From the human T2T-CHM13v2.0 reference genome, Homo sapiens, in the NCBI RefSeq assembly GCF_009914755.1, contig NC_060932.1: a DNA stretch of 64,000 nucleotides. One strand, 5' to 3'. This document shows positions 56,101-64,000 of this stretch, one piece after another. The position numbers were made by a program, and so were the translations under genes. The notes below the pieces were generated by a model. That model was given only the letters and a program-made list of their open reading frames with translations, was not told the origin of the DNA and searched no databases. Positions within the stretch are counted from its first letter, which is position 1. Each line of letters opens with the position of its first letter.

Positions 56101-59100
56101 GCTGAAAAAGGAAATATCTACCTACAGAAACTAGACAGAAGCATTCTGAGAATCACGTTTGTGATGTGGGTACTCAACTAACAGTGTTGATCCATTCTTT
56201 TGATACAGCAGTTTTGAACCACCCTTTTTGAAGAATCTGCAAGTGGATATTTGGATAGCTGTGAGGATTTCGTTGGAAACGGGAATGTCTTCATAGAAAA
56301 TTTAGACAGAAGCATTCTCAGAACCTGGATTGTGATGTGTGTTCTCCACTAACAGAGTTGAACCTTTCTTTGGACAGAACTGTTTTGAAACATTCTTTTT
56401 ATAGAATCTGGAAGTGGATATTTGGAAAGCTTTTAGGATTTCGTTGGAAACGGGAATATCTTCAAATAAAATCTAGCCAGAAGCATTCTAAGAAACATCT
56501 TAGGGATGTGTACATTCAAGTCACAGAGTTGAACATTCCCCTTTCTCAGAGCAGGTTTGAAACAATCTTCTCGTACTATCTGGAAGTGGACATTTTGAGC
56601 TCCTTGGGGCCTATGCTGAAAAAGGAAATATCTTCCGACAAAAACTAGACAGAAGCATTCGCAGAATCACGTTTGTGATGTGTGCACTCAACTGTCAGAA
56701 TTGAACCTTTGTTTGGACAGAGCACTTTTGAAACACTCTTTTTGTAGCATCTGCAGGTGGATATTTGGCTAGCTTTGAGGATTTCGTTGGAAACGGTAAT
56801 GTCTTCAAAGAAAATCTAGACAGAAACATCCTCAGAAACACCTTCGTGATGTTTGCAATCAAGTCACAGAGTTGAACCTTCCGTTTCATAGAGCAGGTTG
56901 GAAACACTCATTTTGTGGTATCTGCAAGTGGACATTTGGAGCGCTTTCAGGCCTATGGTGTAAAAGGATATATGTTCCCATAAAAGCGACATAGAAGCTA
57001 TCTCAGGAACTTGTTTATGATGCATCTAATCAACTAACAGTGTTGAACCTTTGTACTGACAGAGCAGTTTGAAACACTCTTTTTTTGGAATCTGCAAGTG
57101 GATATTTGGATCGCTTTGAGGATTTCGTTGGAAACGGGATGCAATATAAAACGTACACAGCAGCATACTCAGAAAATACTTTGCCATATTTCCATTCAAG
57201 TCACAGAGTGGAACATTCCCATTCATAGAGCAGGTTTGAAACACTCTTTTTGGAGTATCTGGAAGTGGACATTTGGAGCGCTTTCTGAACTATGGTGAAA
57301 AAGGAAATATGTTCCAATGAAAACAAGACAGAAGCATTCTGAGAAACTTATTTGTGATGCGTGTCCTCAACTAACGGACTCGAAGCTTTGGTTTCATGCA
57401 GTACTTCTGGAACACTCTTTTTGAAGATTCTGCATGCGGATATTTGGATAGCTTTGAGGATTTCGTTGGAAACGGGCTTACATATAAAAATTAGACAGCA
57501 GCATTCTCAGAAACTTCTTTGTGGTGTCTGCATTCAAGTCACAGAACTGAACATCCCCTCACATAGAGCAGTTGTGCAGCACTCTATTTGTAGTATCTCG
57601 AAGTGGACATTTGGAGGGCTTTGTAGCCTATCTGGAAAAAGGAAATATCTTCCCATGAATGCGAGATAGAAGTAATCTCAGAAACATGTTTATGCTGTAT
57701 CTACCCAACTAAGTGTGCTGAACATTTCTATTAATAGAGCAGTTTTGAGACACTCTTCTTTTCGAATCTGCAAGTGGATATTTGGCTAGATTTGAGGATT
57801 TCGTTGGAAACGGGATTATATATAAAAAGCAGACAGCAGCATTCTCAGAAACTTCTTTGTGATGTTTGCATCCAGCTCTCAGAGTTGAACATTCCGTTTC
57901 ATAGAGTAGGTTTGAAACCCCCTTTTTATAGTGTCTGGAAGCGGGCATTTGGAGCGCTTTCAGGCCTATGCTGAAAAAGGAAATATCTACCTACAGAAAC
58001 TAGACAGAAGCATTCTGAGAATCACGTTTGTGATGTGGGTACTCAACTAACAGTGTTGATCCATTCTTTTGATACAGCAGTTTTGAACCACCCTTTTTGT
58101 AGAATCTGCAAGTGGATATTTGGATAGCTGTGAGGATTCGTTGGGAACGGGAATTTCTTCATAGAAAATTTAGACAGAAGCATTCTCAGAACCTGGATTG
58201 TGATGTGTGTTCTCCACTAACAGAGTTGAACCTTTCTTTTGACAGAACTGTTTTGAAACATTCTTTTTATAGAATCTGGAAGTGGATATTTGGAAAGCTT
58301 TGAGGATTTCGTTGGAAACGGGAATATCTTCAAATAAAATCTAGCCAGAAGCATTCTAAGAAACATCTTAGGGATGTGTACATTCAAGTCACAGAGTTGA
58401 ACATTCCCCTTTCTCAGAGCAGGTTTGAAACAATCTTCTCGTACTATCTGGCAGTGGACATTTTGAGCTCCTTGGGGCCTATGCTGAAAAAGGAAATATC
58501 TTCCGACAAAAACTAGACAGAAGCATTCGCAGAATCACGTTTGTGATGTGTGCACTCAACTGTCAGAATTGAACCTTTGTTTGGACAGAGCACTTTTGAA
58601 ACACTCTTTTTGTAGAATCTGCAGGTGGATATTTGGCTAGCTTTGAGGATTTCGTTGGAAACGGTAATGTCTTCAAAGAAAATCTAGACAGAAACATCCT
58701 CAGAAACACCTTCGTGATGTTTGCAATCAAGTCACAGAGTTGAACCTTCCGTTTCATAGAGCAGGTTGGAAACACTCATTTTGTAGTATCTGGAAGTGGA
58801 CATTTGGAGCGCTTTCAGGCCTATGGTGTAAAAGGAAATATCTTCCCATAAAAGCGACATAGAAGCTATCTCAGGAACTTGTTTATGATGCATCTAATCA
58901 ACTAACAGTGTTGAACCTTTGTACTGACAGAGCAGTTTGAAACACTCTTTTTTTGGAATCTGCAAGTGGATATTTGGATCGCTTTGAGGATTTCGTTGGA
59001 AACTGGATGCAATATAAAACGTACACAGCAGCATACTCAGAAAATACTTTGCCATATTTCCATTCAAGTCACAGAGTGGAACATTCCCATTCATAGAGCA

Positions 59101-62100
59101 GGTTTGAAACACTCTTTTTAGAGTATCTGGAAGTGGACATTTGGAGCGCTTTCTGAACTATGGTGAAAAAGGAAATATCTTCCAATGAAAACAAGACAGA
59201 AGCATTCTGAGAAACTTATTTGTGATGCGTGTCCTCAACTAACGGACTCGAACCTTTCGTTTCATGCAGTACTTCTGGAACACTCTTTTTGAAGATTCTG
59301 CATGCGGATATTTGGATAGCTGTGAGGATTTCGTTGGAAACGGGCTTACATATAAAAATTAGACAGCAGCATTCTCAGAAACTTCTTTGTGGTGTCTGCA
59401 TTCAAGTCACAGAATTGAACATCCCCTCACATAGAGCAGTTGTGCAGCACTCTATTTGTAGTATCTCGAAGTGGACATTTGGAGGGCTTTGTAGCCTATC
59501 TGGAAAAAGGAAATATCTTCCCATGAATGCGAGATAGAAGTAATCTCAGAAACATGTTTATGCTGTATCTACTAAACTAACTGTGCTGAACATTTCTATT
59601 GATAGAGCAGTTTTGAGACACTCTTCTTTTGGAATCTGCAAGTGGATATTTGGATAGATTTGAGGATTTCGTTGGAAACGTGATTACATATAAAATGCAG
59701 ACAGCAGCATTCTCAGAAACTTCTTTGTGATGTTTGCATCCAGCTCTCAGAGTTGAACATTCCCTTTCATAGAGTAGGTTTGAAACCCCCTTTTTATAGT
59801 GTCTGGAAGCGGGCATTTGGAGCGCTTTCAGGCCTATGCTGAAAAAGGAAATATCTACCTACAGAAACTAGACAGAAGCATTCTGAGAATCACGTTTGTG
59901 ATGTGGGTACTCAACTAACAGTGTTGATCCATTCTTTTGATACAGCAGTTTAGAACCACCCTTTTTGTAGAATCTGCAAGTGGATATTTGGATAGCTGTG
60001 AGGATTTCGTTGGAAACGGGAATGTCTTCATAGAAAATTTAGACAGAAGCATTCTCAGAACCTGGATTGTGATGTGTGTTCTCCACTAACAGAGTTGAAC
60101 CTTTCTTTTGACAGAACTGTTTTGAAACATTCTTTTTATAGAATCTGGAAGTGGATATTTGGAAAGCTTTGAGGATTTCGTTGGAAACGGGAATATCTTC
60201 AAATAAAATCTAGCCAGAAGCATTCTAAGAAACATCTTAGGGATGTTTACATTCAAGTCACAGAGTTGAACATTCCCCTTTCTCAGAGCAGGTTTGAAAC
60301 AATCTTCTCGTACTATCTGGCAGTGGACATTTTGAGCTCCTTGGGGCCTATGCTGAAAAAGGAAATATCTTCCGACAAAAACTAGACAGAAGCATTTGCA
60401 GAATCACGTTTGTGATGTGTGCACTCAACTGTCAGAATTGAACCTTTGTTTGGACAGAGCACTTTTGAGACACTCTTTTCGTAGGATCTGCAGGTGGATA
60501 TTTGGCTAGCTTTGAGGATTTCGTTGGAAACGGTAATGTCTTCAAAGAAAATCTAGACAGAAACATCCTCAGAAACACCTTCGTGATGTTTGCAATCAAG
60601 TCACAGAGTTGAACCTTCCGTTTCATAGAGCAGGTTGGAAACACTCATTTTGTAGTATCTGGAAGTGGACATTTGGAGCGCTTTCAGGCCTATGGTGTAA
60701 AAGGAAATATCTTCCCATAAAAGCGACATAGAAGCTATCTCAGGAACTTGTTTATGATGCCTCTAATCAACTAACAGTGTTGAACCTTTGTACTGACAGA
60801 GCAGTTTGAAACACTCTTTTTTTGGAATCTGCAAGTGGATATTTGGATCGCTTTGAGGATTTCGTTGGAAACGGGATGCAATATAAAACGTACACAGCAG
60901 CATACTCAGAAAATACTTTGCCATATTTCCATTCAAGTCACAGAGTGGAACATTCCCATTCATAGAGCAGGTTGGAAACACTCTTTTTGGAGTATCTGGA
61001 AGTGGACATTTGGAGCGCTTTCTGAACTATGGTGAAAAGGGAAATATGTTCCAATGAAAACAAGACAGAAGCATTCTGAGAAACTTATTTGTGATGCGTG
61101 TCCTCAACTAACGGACTCGAAGCTTTGGTTTCATGCAGTACTTCTGGAACACTCTTTTTGAAGATTCTGCATGCGGATATTTGGTTAGCTTTGAGGATTT
61201 CGTTGGAAACGGGCTTACATATAAAAATTAGACAGCAGCATTCTCAGAAACTTCTTTGTGGTGTCTGCATTCAAGTCACAGAATTGAACATCCCCTCACA
61301 TAGAGCAGTTGTGCAGCACTCTATTTGTAGTATCTCGAAGTGGACATTTGGAGGGCTTTGTAGCCTATCTGGAAAAAGGAAATATCTTCCCATGAATGCG
61401 AGATAGAAGTAATCTCAGAAACATGTTTATGCTGTATCTACTCAACTAACTGTGCTGAACATTTCTATTGATAGAGCAGTTTTGAGACACTCTTCTTTTG
61501 GAATCTGCTAGTGGATATTTGGATAGATTTGAGGATTTCATTGGAAACGGGATTATATATAAAAAGTAGACAGCAGCATTCTCAGAAACTTCTTTGTGAT
61601 GTTTGCATCCAGCTCTCAGAGTTGAACATTCCCTTTCACAGAGTAGGTTTGAAACCCCCTTTTTATAGTGTCTGGAAGCGGGCATTTGGAATGCTTTCAG
61701 GCCTATGCTGAAAAAGGAAATATCTACCTACAGAAACTAGACAGAAGCATTCTGAGAATCACGTTTGTGATGTGGGTACTCAACTAACAGTGTTGATCCA
61801 TTCTTTTGATACAGCAGTTTTGAACCACCCTTTTTGAAGAATCTGCAAGTGGATATTTGGATAGCTGTGAGGATTTCGTTGGAAACGGGAATGTCTTCAT
61901 AGAAAATTTAGACAGAAGCATTCTCAGAACCTGGATTGTGATGTGTGTTCTCCACTAACAGAGTTGAACCTTTCTTTTGACAGAACTGTTTTGAAACATT
62001 CTTTTTATAGAATCTGGAAGTGGATATTTGGAAAGCTTTTAGGATTTCGTTGGAAACGGGAATATCTTCAAATAAAATCTAGCCAGAAGCATTCTAAGAA

Positions 62101-64000
62101 ACATCTTAGGGATGTGTACATTCAAGTCACAGAGTTGAACATTCCCCTTTCTCAGAGCAGGTTTGAAACAATCTTCTCGTACTATCTGGAAGTGGACATT
62201 TTGAGCTCCTTGGGGCCTATGCTGAAAAAGGAAATATCTTCCGACAAAAACTAGACAGAAGCATTCGCAGAATCACGTTTGTGATGTGTGCACTCAACTG
62301 TCAGAATTGAACCTTTGTTTGGACAGAGCACTTTTGAAACACTCTTTTTGTAGCATCTGCAGGTGGATATTTGGCTAGCTTTGAGGATTTCGTTGGAAAC
62401 GGTAATGTCTTCAAAGAAAATCTAGACAGAAACATCCTCAGAAACACCTTCGTGATGTTTGCAATCAAGTCACAGAGTTGAACCTTCCGTTTCATAGAGC
62501 AGGTTGGAAACACTCATTTTGTGGTATCTGCAAGTGGACATTTGGAGCGCTTTCAGGCCTATGGTGTAAAAGGATATATGTTCCCATAAAAGCGACATAG
62601 AAGCTATCTCAGGAACTTGTTTATGATGCATCTAATCAACTAACAGTGTTGAACCTTTGTACTGACAGAGCAGTTTGAAACACTCTTTTTTTGGAATCTG
62701 CAAGTGGATATTTGGATCGCTTTGAGGATTTCGTTGGAAACGGGATGCAATATAAAACGTACACAGCAGCATACTCAGAAAATACTTTGCCATATTTCCA
62801 TTCAAGTCACAGAGTGGAACATTCCCATTCATAGAGCAGGTTTGAAACACTCTTTTTGGAGTATCTGGAAGTGGACATTTGGAGCGCTTTCTGAACTATG
62901 GTGAAAAAGGAAATATGTTCCAATGAAAACAAGACAGAAGCATTCTGAGAAACTTATTTGTGATGCGTGTCCTCAACTAACGGACTCGAAGCTTTGGTTT
63001 CATGCAGTACTTCTGGAACACTCTTTTTGAAGATTCTGCATGCGGATATTTGGATAGCTTTGAGGATTTCGTTGGAAACGGGCTTACATATAAAAATTAG
63101 ACAGCAGCATTCTCAGAAACTTCTTTGTGGTGTCTGCATTCAAGTCACAGAACTGAACATCCCCTCACATAGAGCAGTTGTGCAGCACTCTATTTGTAGT
63201 ATCTCGAAGTGGACATTTGGAGGGCTTTGTAGCCTATCTGGAAAAAGGAAATATCTTCCCATGAATGCGAGATAGAAGTAATCTCAGAAACATGTTTATG
63301 CTGTATCTACCCAACTAAGTGTGCTGAACATTTCTATTAATAGAGCAGTTTTGAGACACTCTTCTTTTCGAATCTGCAAGTGGATATTTGGCTAGATTTG
63401 AGGATTTCGTTGGAAACGGGATTATATATAAAAAGCAGACAGCAGCATTCTCAGAAACTTCTTTGTGATGTTTGCATCCAGCTCTCAGAGTTGAACATTC
63501 CGTTTCATAGAGTAGGTTTGAAACCCCCTTTTTATAGTGTCTGGAAGCGGGCATTTGGAGCGCTTTCAGGCCTATGCTGAAAAAGGAAATATCTACCTAC
63601 AGAAACTAGACAGAAGCATTCTGAGAATCACGTTTGTGATGTGGGTACTCAACTAACAGTGTTGATCCATTCTTTTGATACAGCAGTTTTGAACCACCCT
63701 TTTTGTAGAATCTGCAAGTGGATATTTGGATAGCTGTGAGGATTCGTTGGGAACGGGAATTTCTTCATAGAAAATTTAGACAGAAGCATTCTCAGAACCT
63801 GGATTGTGATGTGTGTTCTCCACTAACAGAGTTGAACCTTTCTTTTGACAGAACTGTTTTGAAACATTCTTTTTATAGAATCTGGAAGTGGATATTTGGA
63901 AAGCTTTGAGGATTTCGTTGGAAACGGGAATATCTTCAAATAAAATCTAGCCAGAAGCATTCTAAGAAACATCTTAGGGATGTGTACATTCAAGTCACAG

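Larger units (their letters stand above)
37510..64000 (+). repeat. Homogeneous 11-monomer alpha-satellite HOR array, about 14.2 copies of about 1869 bp, SF2-type dimeric structure; probably D8Z2 (chr8), assignment unverified
   Basis: A marker ORF recurs at 38006, 39874, 41746, 43614, 45483, 47352, 49219, 51088, 52957, 54826, 56695, 58563, 60432 and 62301 (spacing 1867-1872). Each unit has 6 B-type and 5 A-type monomers. The array itself is certain. The chromosome label rests on recalled unit size and sequence (about 0.6). Confidence 0.95.

Noticed and set aside
37510-64000. Regularly spaced conserved 17-mers separated by variable sequence, superficially CRISPR-like
   Set aside because: These are CENP-B boxes in alpha satellite. 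The 'spacers' are homologous monomers and there are no cas genes.
37510-64000. Assignment to D13Z1/D21Z1 (also an 11-mer of about 1.87 kb)
   Set aside because: Monomer sequences do not match the alphoid 21-I sequence as I recall it. D8Z2 is preferred, but an alignment is needed.

Overview
Human centromere-edge DNA with no intact genes: 171-bp alpha-satellite monomers, all in one orientation. About 0.34-37.5 kb is diverged monomeric alpha satellite with sparse CENP-B boxes and relic multi-monomer duplications. It is interrupted by three young L1PA2/PA3-type fragments (1-337, 8367-9103, 30512-32836), a full-length AluYb8 (17909-18214, human-specific) and one orphan copy of an 11-mer higher-order repeat (HOR) at about 9.8-11.7 kb. 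From about 37.5 kb to the end lies a homogeneous, CENP-B-box-rich 11-mer HOR array (1867-1872 bp per unit, about 14.2 copies, SF2-like; D8Z2 of chr8 is my best guess from memory, not verified). All ORFs except the L1 ORF2 remnants are chance readings of satellite or L1 sequence. I found no new protein-coding system. The most interesting signals are structural. The 8.4-11.7 kb block looks like a collapsed paralog of the array edge: it has a matching L1 piece, the same monomer-to-HOR junction and exactly one ancestral-type HOR. Three retroelements inserted at the same monomer position, and HOR variants show an edge gradient and block duplications. Coordinates were read by eye and satellite boundaries are approximate.
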